A DNA stretch of 64,000 bases from Candidatus Hydrogenedentota bacterium (GCA_016215105.1 JACRLJ010000015.1:1438-65437); one strand, 5' to 3'; positions 1-9,752 are shown, numbered from the stretch's first letter. Notes: generated from the sequence alone by a model not told the origin. Program-made: numbers and translations.

Positions 1-1633
1 TGACGCCTTTCTTGTGCGCGTGGTCGGTGATGGAGCGGAGCCCGCGCGGGAATCGGGTGGTGTCCACTTCCCACGTGCCCGTGTTGGGCCAGTCGGACTT
101 AATGATGTACCAACCGGCATCCATCCACCAGTAGTCCATGGGAATCTTCTCGTCGAGGTAGCGGTCAATGAATTGGAACTGACTGGCTTCGTCTGCCTTG
201 ACCATTTCCCCGAAGAAATGCGAACTGCAGCCGGACAGGTGCATGGGCCACAGTTTGCCGCCGGGGCGCGGGACGTTGTGGGCCATCATCCAGCGGCGCC
301 AGACGTTTTGCGCGTCCGTCGGGTCGCCTTTGTAGAACTGGAGCACGACCAGGGGGCTGCGAACTTCTTCGCCGGGATGCAGCGTGAAATGGGTCAGTTC
401 CTGTCCGCCGGTGATGCGCAGGCCGGTGGGGGTGTCGCGCTTGAACGTAGCGGCCCACTGCCCAGGCCACGCGATGACCGCGATGACACCTTGGCCGGGC
501 CACTCGATGTTGAAGTAGGGCATGTCGCTGTTGGTGGGGCGTCCTCCGGAGGTGGTGATGCGTTTTTCGGCGTTGGGGGGCAGCGGTGTTTCGTGGGGCT
601 GGTAATCGTTGGGCGCGCAGATGCTGCCAGTCTCGTGATGCAGCTTGAACTCGCCGGGCCGGGCAAACTTCGCGTAGAAGTCGTCCGCGCGGCGGTCGAA
701 GTGGGCGTCGAGGGCTTGAATGTTGGAGAGGATGGGAGTATCGGACTTGCCGGTATTCTTGAAGTGGAGCGTCCACTCGACGGTGGGGAAGCCGTAGTAT
801 TCGACCAGTACGCAGCGCACTTCAAGGCCGGTTTTCGGATCGCGCCAGGTTAGGGTGTGTTCGGTCTTGGCGGGGGCGGAAGAATGGGAGGTATGGGAAG
901 AATGGGACGTATGGGATTGTGTGGGCGAGATGGACGAGAGCAAATCGCGCGAAGATATGTCGCCGTATTGAAAAGAGAAAGGGAGATCTTTGGATTGGGC
1001 TACGAATTCGGGTTGGCCTTCGAGAATGGGCAGGTCACCGAGCCAGAGCGTGCGTCCGTCTTCCAGGGTGACTTTGGCGTCGGCCCAATCTGCTTGGTCG
1101 CACGCGATGCCATCGCCGGCGTCGCCGACTTCGATGGTGAACTCGCTGGCGCCGTTCAATTCGACAGACACCGAGACAGGCGCTACGCCTTCGCGCATCA
1201 CCGGCGACTTAAACGGCTCCGAGTCCCCCACTTTCACGGAGAACACGATGCTGCCTTGGCCGCCCTGGGTTTGGCTGTTGGTATCCACGCCCACGAGCGC
1301 ATTGAAGCTCTTGCCGCGGCCTGGCAGGCGCACGAGGATGCTGCTTGACGCGTGGCAGAAGAGTCCGCGCCGGTACGCCTTTTTCCCGAGCATCAGCGGC
1401 AAGTCTACGCGCCCATTCTTCCAGACCTCGTTGTAGTTGCGCACAATGACAAGGCCACCGGTATTCGCGGGGGCGGGCTCGGCGATACCGGGAAGTCCGA
1501 ACGCGCTTGAGGTCCATGTTCGGGCGTCTGTCAACTCGATCACAGAAGGAGGCGCCGCGTTTGCCGCAAGTCCGCTCATAAGTATTACTCCCAGCGCAGA
1601 AACCACAACTAAGTTCTTCACAGCGTTTAGCAT
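1..1633 (-). CDS. Secreted NPCBM-domain glycoside hydrolase, alpha-galactosidase-like (GH36/GH27-type TIM barrel). 3'-partial: runs off the left window edge.
   Basis: This gene is absent from the ORF track because it is partial, so I translated the minus strand by hand. ATG at 1633..1631 is preceded by GGGAGG. The product starts MLNAVKNLVVVSALGVILMSGLAANAAP (signal peptide). An NPCBM domain follows (RNYNEVWKNGRVDLPLMLGKKAYRRGLFCHASSSILV...VGVDTNSQ...DAGDGIACDQADWADAKV). The catalytic region reads ...FQFIDRYLDEKIPMDYWWMDAGWY...TWEVDTTRFPRGLRSITDHAHKKGV with no stop before position 1. The plus-strand ORF 14..853 is its antisense shadow. Confidence 0.8.
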   Translation of the reverse strand, partial: MLNAVKNLVVVSALGVILMSGLAANAAPPSVIELTDARTWTSSAFGLPGIAEPAPANTGGLVIVRNYNEVWKNGRVDLPLMLGKKAYRRGLFCHASSSILVRLPGRGKSFNALVGVDTNSQTQGGQGSIVFSVKVGDSEPFKSPVMREGVAPVSVSVELNGASEFTIEVGDAGDGIACDQADWADAKVTLEDGRTLWLGDLPILEGQPEFVAQSKDLPFSFQYGDISSRDLLSSISPTQSHTSHSSHTSHSSAPAKTEHTLTWRDPKTGLEVRCVLVEYYGFPTVEWTLHFKNTGKSDTPILSNIQALDAHFDRRADDFYAKFARPGEFKLHHETGSICAPNDYQPHETPLPPNAEKRITTSGGRPTNSDMPYFNIEWPGQGVIAVIAWPGQWAATFKRDTPTGLRITGGQELTHFTLHPGEEVRSPLVVLQFYKGDPTDAQNVWRRWMMAHNVPRPGGKLWPMHLSGCSSHFFGEMVKADEASQFQFIDRYLDEKIPMDYWWMDAGWYIIKSDWPNTGTWEVDTTRFPRGLRSITDHAHKKGV

Positions 1634-1664
1634 TCTGATCCTCCCCGCGTTCCACGCGGAATGG

Positions 1665-4391
1665 TTACTTTGCGGTCAGCGCCAACAGATAATACGCGTT
1701 ATGCGGTAGCCAAGGCTCGCACGACTCCGCGGACGGGGGCGAGCCGCCGGGTGGACGGAAGTCGAACCAGGGCCGGTCGGCGTTGCCAGGCTCGCGAATG
1801 ACGCCATTGGGGATTTCGCCCGGGACGGCGCCGCGCTCGTGGCCTGGTATTTCCGCGTAGAGGTGATGGTAGCGAATGCGGCTCGATGTGCCCTTGCCTT
1901 CGAGCATGCAGAGATTCAACGGGTTCATGCCGAGTATCCAGTGCATTTGATTGTCCGCGTGATCGCGGAGCTTTGCGGAGAACTCAGCGTCATCTTTGAA
2001 CACCTGTGCGGCTAGACGCGCGGTCCAGGCGACGGAACAGTACATGCTGTTCGATCCACCGAACCACTCGTCACGGCTCTTGAAATAGAACGGCTCGGCG
2101 CCAGTATAACCGCGAACGATTCCGAACGGGTTGTCGGCAAGGCGGAGACTCCGCAGGAAGTAGTTGCGAAGAGCATCCTTCACTTTGTCCGAGAGTTCCG
2201 AGGCGGGTTGCGCGAGGGCGAACGACGCGAGGCAAGCAGGGATGGTTCCTTCGTCCACGATGCGGTACTCGGGTTCACCCTGGGGCTTGCTGGCAAACCA
2301 GCCCTCCGCGTTCTGAAGCGTGAGCACGTTTCGCACGAGCCGTTCAGCGGCGGCGCGGTACTTTTCGGCGCCGGTGATTTTGAACAGTTCGAGGGCGGCG
2401 ATGATCTGGCGCGGTTCGTATCCGGCCAGAATGCGGTCTTCGTACACGGCCCATGTTTTCTCCGCCGCTTCACGATACTTCGGGCCGGGGAGATACCGGG
2501 CGAGCACGGCCCACGCGGCGATATTGTACGCGCCGAGGTCGCTGGGATCATTGATGTTGATTACGCGGTCGTCGCCGTCGCCGGCGATACCGTTGGTGTC
2601 GAGTTCGGGAATGCCGTGGTAGTCGATATCGTTGGTGACGTTCATCCAGACGTGCCCGGTCTTCGGGTCTCGCATCTTGAGCATCCAGTCGGAGCCCCAC
2701 TCCGCTTCGTCTAGAATATCAGCGCGGCCGTTGTGGTCCTCATCTATCGCGTCGAAGAATACTTTGTCGCGATCATACGCGGCGGCCATCGCGTAGACCG
2801 ACACGGGTGTGTTGTCGCCCATGTGTTTGTGCATGTCACCCGCGTTGTGATAGCCGCCGGTCACGTCGGCGTGCGAGCCGTCCGGGAGTTTGGCATCGTC
2901 CATATGACACAAGCCGTGCCAGCCCGGCACGACGCACCCGCAACGCTGCACGGAATAGAAACGGTAGGCCAGTTCGCCGGTTTCGTGGAGGCGCCGCTTC
3001 GGGGAGACGACAACGGATTGCGCGGCGGCGTTGCCGCCGCCGAGGCTGACGTCGAGGGTGTAGGTTTTTGGCGCGGGGGCGGGTATAACCCCTTCAAAAT
3101 AGTAGCGGCCCCAATCGCTGTCGTCTTGCCCGACGGCGCGTCCCAGCGCCCGCAACTTGCCCTGGTAAGCCGGGCCGCCGGCGCTTGTCCAGACAAAAGC
3201 GCCAAGACCGTACGCGGGAAACTTGGTGGAGGACACGATAAAGCGCACGGGCAGGCCCGCATCGTATCCCGTCTGGTCTACGAAGACCTCCGGATCGGCG
3301 TTTTCGGCATCGAACGCGATTACTTCCGCGGACTGAATCCGGCGCGCGCCTGCGTCTTGCGGGAACAACAACAGAAGGATGAGGCGTTCGGCGCCGGAGT
3401 GTTTCTCGATGCGGGGTGTCGAAATGATGGTTGCCGCGCCCAATGAAGCCGCTGCGGCAGAACGGTCTTCGCGCAGCAGGCCGCGCTGCCCGTATTGCTG
3501 GAGCACGACTGTTGGCAAAGCCGTCGCCGTCCCCTCGGCGCGAATGCGCGCAACCAATCCAGTGGATGCCGCTGGCGCCGCCATGAGCTCCGCGGTCAGC
3601 GCGAATTCGCCGACGCTCTTGGTGACGGACAGGAATGGAACGCCGCTTTCGCCTGATTTCACTTCGAAGGACCCGTCGGCTTGGGCTTCCGCCTTGTCCG
3701 CGGCATAGTAACGGCGCCAGCCACGGGGAATTTTCGCCGTTGGGTCGGCGGACTTGGCGGACACAAGTTCGACGTAATGGAAGTCCCCGTTGGGCAAGAT
3801 CGAATCGGAACCGCAGATCCTCAGTCCGTCCAGTTCGACTTCCTGTGTGGGCGCCGTTACCTCGACCGTTATCTCGATGTTGTAGTGTAACGCGGGTTCG
3901 CTGTCTGGCACGAAGAAATCGCAGGCGCCGTAGCGCCATTTCCAAGGGCTTGGCGCCGGGTCCAGAGAATTGATGGGATACCGGGCGTACTCGTGGCCGT
4001 CCTTGGCGTCGAACAGAATCACATTCCCCCGGAAAACCGGACAATCTGTTTTGAGCCACGTCTCGACCCGGTAGCGATCCGGCGTAATTAGCGGCCGCGG
4101 CTGATCGAAAAGTAGAACTGTCGCGCCTCGCAACGGCGCGAAGCGAAGCGCCGGACCGCCGAAACGGCCTGCCGCCGGTTCCCAAGTGGCCGCTTCCGTT
4201 GCCTGAGGAAACGGGTGGTCGGGACTTTGCGGTGTGAGCGCGAATAGGGTGTTGGACCATGCGGGTGTGGCGGTGAGGAGAAGAAGGGACGTAAGGGACA
4301 TCAACGACATAAGGGACCGAGTGGACCGAGTGGACCGAGTGGAGGCGAGGGGACGAAACAATAGGCGAAGAATGGTTCGGGGGGTAGTCAT
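1665..4391 (-). CDS. Glycoside hydrolase family 9 (endoglucanase-like) with an N-terminal Ig/CBM-like region; secreted.
   Basis: GH9 motifs are present: GGYHNAGDMHKH, LDEAEWGSDWMLKM and MNPLNLCMLEG. It has an N-terminal signal region with STRSTRSTR/LMSLMSL repeats. It is 32 bp upstream of the alpha-gal gene start and overlaps the upstream gene by 4 bp (ATGA). Confidence 0.85.
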   Translation of the reverse strand: MTTPRTILRLLFRPLASTRSTRSTRSLMSLMSLTSLLLLTATPAWSNTLFALTPQSPDHPFPQATEAATWEPAAGRFGGPALRFAPLRGATVLLFDQPRPLITPDRYRVETWLKTDCPVFRGNVILFDAKDGHEYARYPINSLDPAPSPWKWRYGACDFFVPDSEPALHYNIEITVEVTAPTQEVELDGLRICGSDSILPNGDFHYVELVSAKSADPTAKIPRGWRRYYAADKAEAQADGSFEVKSGESGVPFLSVTKSVGEFALTAELMAAPAASTGLVARIRAEGTATALPTVVLQQYGQRGLLREDRSAAAASLGAATIISTPRIEKHSGAERLILLLLFPQDAGARRIQSAEVIAFDAENADPEVFVDQTGYDAGLPVRFIVSSTKFPAYGLGAFVWTSAGGPAYQGKLRALGRAVGQDDSDWGRYYFEGVIPAPAPKTYTLDVSLGGGNAAAQSVVVSPKRRLHETGELAYRFYSVQRCGCVVPGWHGLCHMDDAKLPDGSHADVTGGYHNAGDMHKHMGDNTPVSVYAMAAAYDRDKVFFDAIDEDHNGRADILDEAEWGSDWMLKMRDPKTGHVWMNVTNDIDYHGIPELDTNGIAGDGDDRVININDPSDLGAYNIAAWAVLARYLPGPKYREAAEKTWAVYEDRILAGYEPRQIIAALELFKITGAEKYRAAAERLVRNVLTLQNAEGWFASKPQGEPEYRIVDEGTIPACLASFALAQPASELSDKVKDALRNYFLRSLRLADNPFGIVRGYTGAEPFYFKSRDEWFGGSNSMYCSVAWTARLAAQVFKDDAEFSAKLRDHADNQMHWILGMNPLNLCMLEGKGTSSRIRYHHLYAEIPGHERGAVPGEIPNGVIREPGNADRPWFDFRPPGGSPPSAESCEPWLPHNAYYLLALTAK

Positions 4392-5659
4392 GGGTTGGCG
4401 GCCTTTGGAACGTGCGCGGTTTGCGCCAGGTCATAGCGTCGGCAGGGCCAGAGGATACGATTGGGATCCCAGCGGCCGCCCGCGGTTAGGTTGTAGAGTT
4501 TTCCGTTGTGCGAGGGGACGAGGATGTCTGTGATGCCATCGCCATTGCAGTCGCATAACGTGGGCGACGCGGACACGCGTTTGCCAGCCGTGAAGGTCCA
4601 TTCGAGATCTCCCTTGGCGGAAAGGCTGTACACGTTGCCGTCCGCGGACCCGAACACCACGTCAATGGAGGCGTCGCCGTCCACGTCGCCGAGGACCGGC
4701 GCGCTCTCGATCCAGTCGCCGGCCTTGAACGACCATCGTTCCTCACCGAGATTATTCAGACAGTAGAGACGGCCTTGTCCGTCGCCGTATACGACTTCGG
4801 GTTTGGCGTCACCGTCAATGTCACCCACAGCGACGGTGCTGTCAATGCGGCACTGGAACGTGCGATGGTTCCAAATTGGTTTGCCCGTCTTGCCGTCCAG
4901 ACAATAGAGCACGCCATCCTTCGATGCTGCGAGCACTTGGATTCGGCCGTTACCGAGCACATCGGTCAACACCGGGCCGTTGTTGAATTCCGAGGGCGCG
5001 TCGAAGCGCCATTTCTCGTGGCCTGCGCTATCCAGGCAGCGCAGGGCCGCGCCACCACCGGTCAGGACTTCCACTTGTCCATCGCCATCCACATCGCCAA
5101 CGGCCAGTGGGCCCTCCGGACCGCGAGACTTGAATTGAGTTTCCCACACCTTGGCGCCTGTCACATCGTGGCATTCGACAAGTCCCCCAAGATTGATCCA
5201 AAACAGTCTGGGATTGCTACTGGGATCGGGGCCGCCCGCGGTCACGTTACCCCATGGAATGCCTTCCGGCACGGGTTGCTTCCACGCCAGTTCGCCTTTC
5301 GCGTTCAGGCACACAACACCGTCATTTCGCGTTGCGACGAATATGCCGAGTGCGCCGCCTGCGTTTAGTGGCGCAACGGTGGGTGTCGCGGTCAGGCGCA
5401 AGGTGAACCCGCCATAGTTCCAGAGGGATTTGCCATCGGCGCCAAGGCAGACGACCTCACGTTTTGAACTGGAGACGGTCAAGATCTCTTGGCCCGGATG
5501 CTCAGGCAGGAAATCCGCCACGACAGGCGAGGCGTAGATGGGGCTACCCGCCTCATAGGTCCATTGCGTTGCGGGGAGAGTTCCGGCATGCGCGAACCAG
5601 GCGATGAGCACTCCGCCGAGAACAACGGCAAGGCTGGAAGACAACCGGTGTCGGGTCAT
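4388..5659 (-). CDS. Secreted FG-GAP/VCBS-type beta-propeller repeat protein.
   Basis: The 5737-start ORF was trimmed to the internal Met MTRHRLSSSLAVVLGGVLIAWFAHA (signal peptide). Repeated GDVDGDG, GDIDGDAKPEVV, GDVDGDASIDVV and CDCNGDGITDILV FG-GAP-like calcium-binding repeats. First gene of the minus-strand operon 5659->1. Confidence 0.8.
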   Translation of the reverse strand: MTRHRLSSSLAVVLGGVLIAWFAHAGTLPATQWTYEAGSPIYASPVVADFLPEHPGQEILTVSSSKREVVCLGADGKSLWNYGGFTLRLTATPTVAPLNAGGALGIFVATRNDGVVCLNAKGELAWKQPVPEGIPWGNVTAGGPDPSSNPRLFWINLGGLVECHDVTGAKVWETQFKSRGPEGPLAVGDVDGDGQVEVLTGGGAALRCLDSAGHEKWRFDAPSEFNNGPVLTDVLGNGRIQVLAASKDGVLYCLDGKTGKPIWNHRTFQCRIDSTVAVGDIDGDAKPEVVYGDGQGRLYCLNNLGEERWSFKAGDWIESAPVLGDVDGDASIDVVFGSADGNVYSLSAKGDLEWTFTAGKRVSASPTLCDCNGDGITDILVPSHNGKLYNLTAGGRWDPNRILWPCRRYDLAQTAHVPKAANP

Positions 5660-5824
5660 GGGAACATCCTCGCTTGCGCAACGTTGATGTGGCGATTCTA
5701 TAGAATACGCGAGAGGGGTTCCACCGGGACACCACACTACCCCGCAGCGCGGACCAGTGAAATAAACGCGTGGCGCCGATTGTAGTACTACTAGGCTCCA
5801 GGCCGCGAAGAAAGGCAGGTTCCC

Positions 5825-6448
5825 ATGATACGACGCTGGTTTTCGTTGATGCGAATGGCGCTGTTTGGCGCGGGAGTGGCGATTTGCGCGGTAAACTGCG
5901 CCCCTGGAGGCACGCTTGAGGTCGGCCCGGTACGGGTGACGGAATCGATGGGAAGCGGAAGCCTCGCGCCTGCCATGTTCCCGGCGAAGGCGCTGACAAC
6001 CATCACGATCTACGAGGATTTCTGCGATATGCCGTCGGAACAGCAGCTATCCGACGAGGTGCTGCAGGTCGGAAACATCGATTTCAGCAAGTTTGTGCAG
6101 TTGAGCCACTTGAACCTGGTTCACGGCACGTTGACGGCGACCGCGGGCAATTTCGATTTCATGACCGAGCTAACAGTGTCGTACGTGCCGTCCGTTGGCG
6201 CTCCCGGTAATCCCGATCCGGTCGTGTTAGGGACGGCCAACAACCCGGGAGGGCTTGGTACGGAAGTCACGCTGATTCCGCCGGACGCGTTGGACGTTCT
6301 CGACCTCATACGGCAGAACGACGCGAATACCAGCGGGCAGTGTCCCAAGTTACGGTACGATATGACCGTGTCGTCTGCGCCGGCCTCAAATGTTCAATAC
6401 GACATCAGTATGACGGTAGACGCATTCGCGCTAGTGGGGCTCTTCTAA
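5825..6448 (+). CDS. Hypothetical secreted protein, possibly a lipoprotein.
   Basis: N-terminal hydrophobic segment with Cys (AICAVNCAPGG). No recognised domain. Divergent from the FG-GAP operon. Confidence 0.55.
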   Translation: MIRRWFSLMRMALFGAGVAICAVNCAPGGTLEVGPVRVTESMGSGSLAPAMFPAKALTTITIYEDFCDMPSEQQLSDEVLQVGNIDFSKFVQLSHLNLVHGTLTATAGNFDFMTELTVSYVPSVGAPGNPDPVVLGTANNPGGLGTEVTLIPPDALDVLDLIRQNDANTSGQCPKLRYDMTVSSAPASNVQYDISMTVDAFALVGLF

Positions 6449-6530
6449 GGGCCAACGATATTCAATTCCCGCGCAAGATGTCGCGCGACGCCAAGTCTCA
6501 GTTCAGGCACGTTCGCGGTCAACTGCTTGA

Positions 6531-6656
6531 GGAGTTCGGCCGGAAAGTCGGTTAATTGACGCGGCGCGGCCAGAAAGCATCTGTAAGTTGTTTAACACCG
6601 GCGCTCTCTCTTGCCGGGTCTTGGTAAAAGGAGGCTTTCTGGCCGCGCCTCTAGAC
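6531..6656. repeat. Dispersed intergenic repeat family A, long form (copy A1).
   Basis: About 80% identical to 17653..17778. Shares ...GCGGCGCGGCCAGAAAGCAYYTGTAAGT...CTGGCCGCGCCTCTARA. It has an internal inverted repeat GGCCAGAAAGC/GCTTTCTGGCC. Confidence 0.7.
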
Positions 6657-6863
6657 CAGATCGGGTCAAGCCCACGCTCCCTGATTAGGCGTTCCAGCTC
6701 GTTCCGCCGGATGGTTTCGGACGAAGCCCTTGACATGGCTCTGACGTCTCGCATGTGTTTTTCAGCCCCCCTCCTTGAAGTACTCGAGTTTGCGGACGAT
6801 CACATAGTGACCATATAGCGCACGCCGGCTTGATTGAGCCCGCGCGCGAATAGTTTGAGCAGG

Positions 6864-7016
6864 CTACGTTCGGGCATACAGGAAGATCTCGCGGACCGCG
6901 TCATGGACTTGGTCGTCTGTCCAGCCGGGATGTTGCTTGCGCAACCAGGCGGTCTTAATGGCCCACGCGGTCTCATAGAGATCTTGCGAGGTCTTGAGTC
7001 TTTGTGCGGGAGTCAT
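6864..7016 (-). CDS. Possible small protein of about 50 aa, hypothetical.
   Basis: The C-terminal half of ORF 6864..7154 (MTPAQRLKTSQDLYETAWAIKTAWLRKQHPGWTDDQVHDAVREIFLYART) has high GC3 and a non-degenerate composition. There is no homology call and the start is uncertain. Confidence 0.3.
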   Translation of the reverse strand: MTPAQRLKTSQDLYETAWAIKTAWLRKQHPGWTDDQVHDAVREIFLYART

Positions 7017-7215
7017 GGCCTTGATAGTCCGGAGGTATTCCTCGGTCCATCCGTAGGTGTCTTCTGATTCCACGATTCTTCTCGCACCCTGTCCGGTTGA
7101 CGCTTTGGTTTGAGTACTTCCCTGTGGGTCGCATTTAGTATAGTGAGTCTCCACGGACTTTCAAAATGGCGGAAGTTCACGCAGCTGGTAATGCTCATGG
7201 TAGAAGGAGCTTGAG

Positions 7216-8406
7216 ATGACGGCGCATGCGAAGGTGAATCGTTTAGCGTGGTGGCAAGAAGCGCGTTTCGGGATGTTCATTCACTGGGGTGTGTACGCCA
7301 TCCCAGGGCGTGGGGAGTGGGTTTACTATCAGGAGCATTTCGAGACGGGGGAGTACGCGCGGTTCGCGGATCAGTTCAACCCGAAACACTACAATCCCGC
7401 GGAATGGGTGGCGCTCGCGCAAGAAGCGGGCATGAAGTACATGGTGCTGACGACGCGGCATCACGATGGGTTTTGCTTGTTCGACAGCAAGGTATCGGAG
7501 TTCACGGCGCCGAAGACGGCGGCGCAGCGCGACCTGATTGCGGAGTATGTCGAGGCGTGCCGAGCGGCGGGCATGCCGGTGGGTCTGTATTATTCGCTCG
7601 AGGATTGGCGCTTTCCTGGCCAACTTCCGCACCTGCCGCAGAAGGAAGACTCCGTGTACGCGCCGATGGTGGAGCAGGCGCACGCGCAGGTGAGGGAATT
7701 GTGCTCGAACTACGGCAAGATCGATATTCTCTGGTTTGACGGCGGGTTTCCCTCGAGCGTGTGGCGGTCCGAGGAATTGATTAGGATGATCCGCTCGTTG
7801 CAGCCGGAAATACTGATCAACAATCGGGCGGGTCTGCCCGAAGACTTTGGCACGCCGGAGAATGTAGTAGTTCCGGAAGGCCGACCTTGGGAAGCCTGCT
7901 ACACGATGAACGATTCGTGGGGTTACGCTCTACATGACCACAACTACAAGTCGGTCTCGGAGATCCTGCGTTTGCTGGTCTCGTGCGTGGCACGCGACGG
8001 CAATTTGCTGTTGAACGTGGGGCCGGACGCGGAGGGGCGAATCCCGCCGGAAGCGGTGGACAGGCTGCGGCGCGTTGGGCAGTGGATGAAGACGAACGGA
8101 GCGGCCATTCACGGCGCGGGTTCGTCGCCGGTCATTGCGCCGGCTCTCGGCTGGTCCACACGCGCCGGTGACAAGGTGTACTTTCCGATTCAGCGTTGGC
8201 CGGGTTCAACCGTGCCGTTTGCGTGGTGCGGCAGCCGTGTGAAATCGGCGCGCCTGCTCGCTACCGGCCAGGAGGCGCGCGTGGAACAGCGCGGCGACCG
8301 CGTGTGGTTGCACGGGTTTCCGGAATGCCCGCCCGACCCCGATTTGAGCGTGATCGAGCTTTCGTTCGACGGACCAATTCAAGCGAACGATCCGGCGTAT
8401 ACGTGA
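7216..8406 (+). CDS. Alpha-L-fucosidase (GH29), cytoplasmic.
   Basis: WWQEARFGMFIHWGVYA, TTRHHDGFCLFDS and ILWFDGG motifs are typical of GH29. No signal peptide. Confidence 0.9.
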   Translation: MTAHAKVNRLAWWQEARFGMFIHWGVYAIPGRGEWVYYQEHFETGEYARFADQFNPKHYNPAEWVALAQEAGMKYMVLTTRHHDGFCLFDSKVSEFTAPKTAAQRDLIAEYVEACRAAGMPVGLYYSLEDWRFPGQLPHLPQKEDSVYAPMVEQAHAQVRELCSNYGKIDILWFDGGFPSSVWRSEELIRMIRSLQPEILINNRAGLPEDFGTPENVVVPEGRPWEACYTMNDSWGYALHDHNYKSVSEILRLLVSCVARDGNLLLNVGPDAEGRIPPEAVDRLRRVGQWMKTNGAAIHGAGSSPVIAPALGWSTRAGDKVYFPIQRWPGSTVPFAWCGSRVKSARLLATGQEARVEQRGDRVWLHGFPECPPDPDLSVIELSFDGPIQANDPAYT

Positions 8407-8601
8407 GGCGGCTACGGCGCGACCGGGTGGGCAGCGGCTTGGCTTTTCGTGCAGCCGAGGAGCAGGCGAAATCCACCGGACGACGCCATCACGATGTACT
8501 GTGTTTTGGGCGCTCCGGTGACGCGGCGAGCCGCCGCGTCTACTATTGGGACCCGCTCTTGAACCTGCTGCCGCGCCTGCAATGGCAAACTGGAGTGTTC
8601 G

Positions 8602-9687
8602 ATGACCTTTCGTGAGCTGAATCTCCGCATCTTCCGCCGCGAGCCTGTTGACCAGGTTCTGTGGCAGCCGCGCATCGAGCATTGGTATAGCATCAATAAG
8701 CGCGACGGGACGCTTCCCGAGCGGTACCGCGATATGACCATGCTCGAGCTGTTCGACGACCTCGATTGCTCGGTACGGGGATACTGGGCATTCAACGACG
8801 CGCAACGGTTCGAGGATTCGGAAGACGTTACCGCCGAGACGCGCGATGAGGGACATCTGGTTACTACGACAATACGCACGCCGGTTGGCGACCTCGTTCG
8901 CATTGAAGAGCGCACCACGGATTCCCATTACACTCGCAAGTACCCGGTCACGACGCCCGACGACATGCGCGTGATGGAGTGGATCATGGCTCGCCGGCAG
9001 GTCAGCTTCGATTGGACACGCTATGAGGAGGCCTGCACGCTCATCGGAGATCGGGGCGCGCCGACGATATTCATTCCGCGCGTAAACCTTATGCGGATCT
9101 ACATCGAGTTCATGGGATTCGAAAACGGTATCGAGGCGCTGTACGAGCTTCCGAAGGAGACCGAGCATTTGATCGCGGCCATCAATGAAAGCGACGAGGC
9201 CCTGCTGGACATGCTGTGCGCGTGCCCGATTGAGATCATCAATTTCGGCGACAACGTGCATCAGGCCATGTGCCCGCCACCGCTGTTCGAGAAATACGTG
9301 ATGCCGCAGTACCAGCGCCGCAACGAACGCTTGCGCGCCGCGGGGAAGAAGACCTACCCGCATTGGGACGGCGACTGCGGCCAGTTGCTGCCCTACGCGC
9401 AGGACTGCGGATTTGACGGCATCGAGGCTATCACGCCGGTTCCCCAGGGCGATGTGACGCTGGAACAGGTTCGCGACGGGTTCGGGGATCGCATCTTGTT
9501 GGACGGCATACCCTGCACGGACTTCCTGTTCGACACGCCGGAGGAGAGTTTGATCGAGAACACGCGGAAGTGCATCGAGTACTTTCATCCGCGCCTTGTA
9601 CTTGGCATTTCGGACGAGATTTCACCGATTGGCGACATCGAGCGCGTGCGGATGGTGAGCGCGATCGTGGCGGAATACAACGGCTGA
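8602..9687 (+). CDS. Uroporphyrinogen-decarboxylase (URO-D) family protein (methyltransferase-like).
   Basis: Length and C-terminal region (DGDCGQLLPYAQDCGFDGIEAITP) resemble the URO-D/MtaA-like fold. No signal peptide. Confidence 0.7.
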   Translation: MTFRELNLRIFRREPVDQVLWQPRIEHWYSINKRDGTLPERYRDMTMLELFDDLDCSVRGYWAFNDAQRFEDSEDVTAETRDEGHLVTTTIRTPVGDLVRIEERTTDSHYTRKYPVTTPDDMRVMEWIMARRQVSFDWTRYEEACTLIGDRGAPTIFIPRVNLMRIYIEFMGFENGIEALYELPKETEHLIAAINESDEALLDMLCACPIEIINFGDNVHQAMCPPPLFEKYVMPQYQRRNERLRAAGKKTYPHWDGDCGQLLPYAQDCGFDGIEAITPVPQGDVTLEQVRDGFGDRILLDGIPCTDFLFDTPEESLIENTRKCIEYFHPRLVLGISDEISPIGDIERVRMVSAIVAEYNG

Positions 9688-9705
9688 GCGGGTGCGACGA
9701 ATCTA

Positions 9706-9744
9706 GGAATCCGGCCGGAAAGTCGGCTCATTGACGCGGCGCGG
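9706..9744. repeat. Repeat family A, short form (copy A2), directly abutting a family B half-copy.
   Basis: GGAATCCGGCCGGAAAGTCGGCTCATTGACGCGGCGCGG. Lies in the convergent intergenic region between 9687 and 9875. Confidence 0.7.
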
Positions 9745-9752
9745 GGCTGTCG

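Noticed and set aside
14-853. 279-aa plus-strand ORF
   Set aside because: Antisense shadow of the NPCBM/alpha-galactosidase gene (minus strand 1..1633). Gly/Ala/Val/Arg-rich, no motifs.
3094-4434. 446-aa minus ORF, Arg-rich
   Set aside because: Alternative frame inside the GH9 gene. Composition RRRSGR... is typical of out-of-frame high-GC translation.
8206-9588. 460-aa minus ORF
   Set aside because: Overlaps the well-supported fucosidase and URO-D genes on the plus strand. Low-complexity Arg/Ala-rich.
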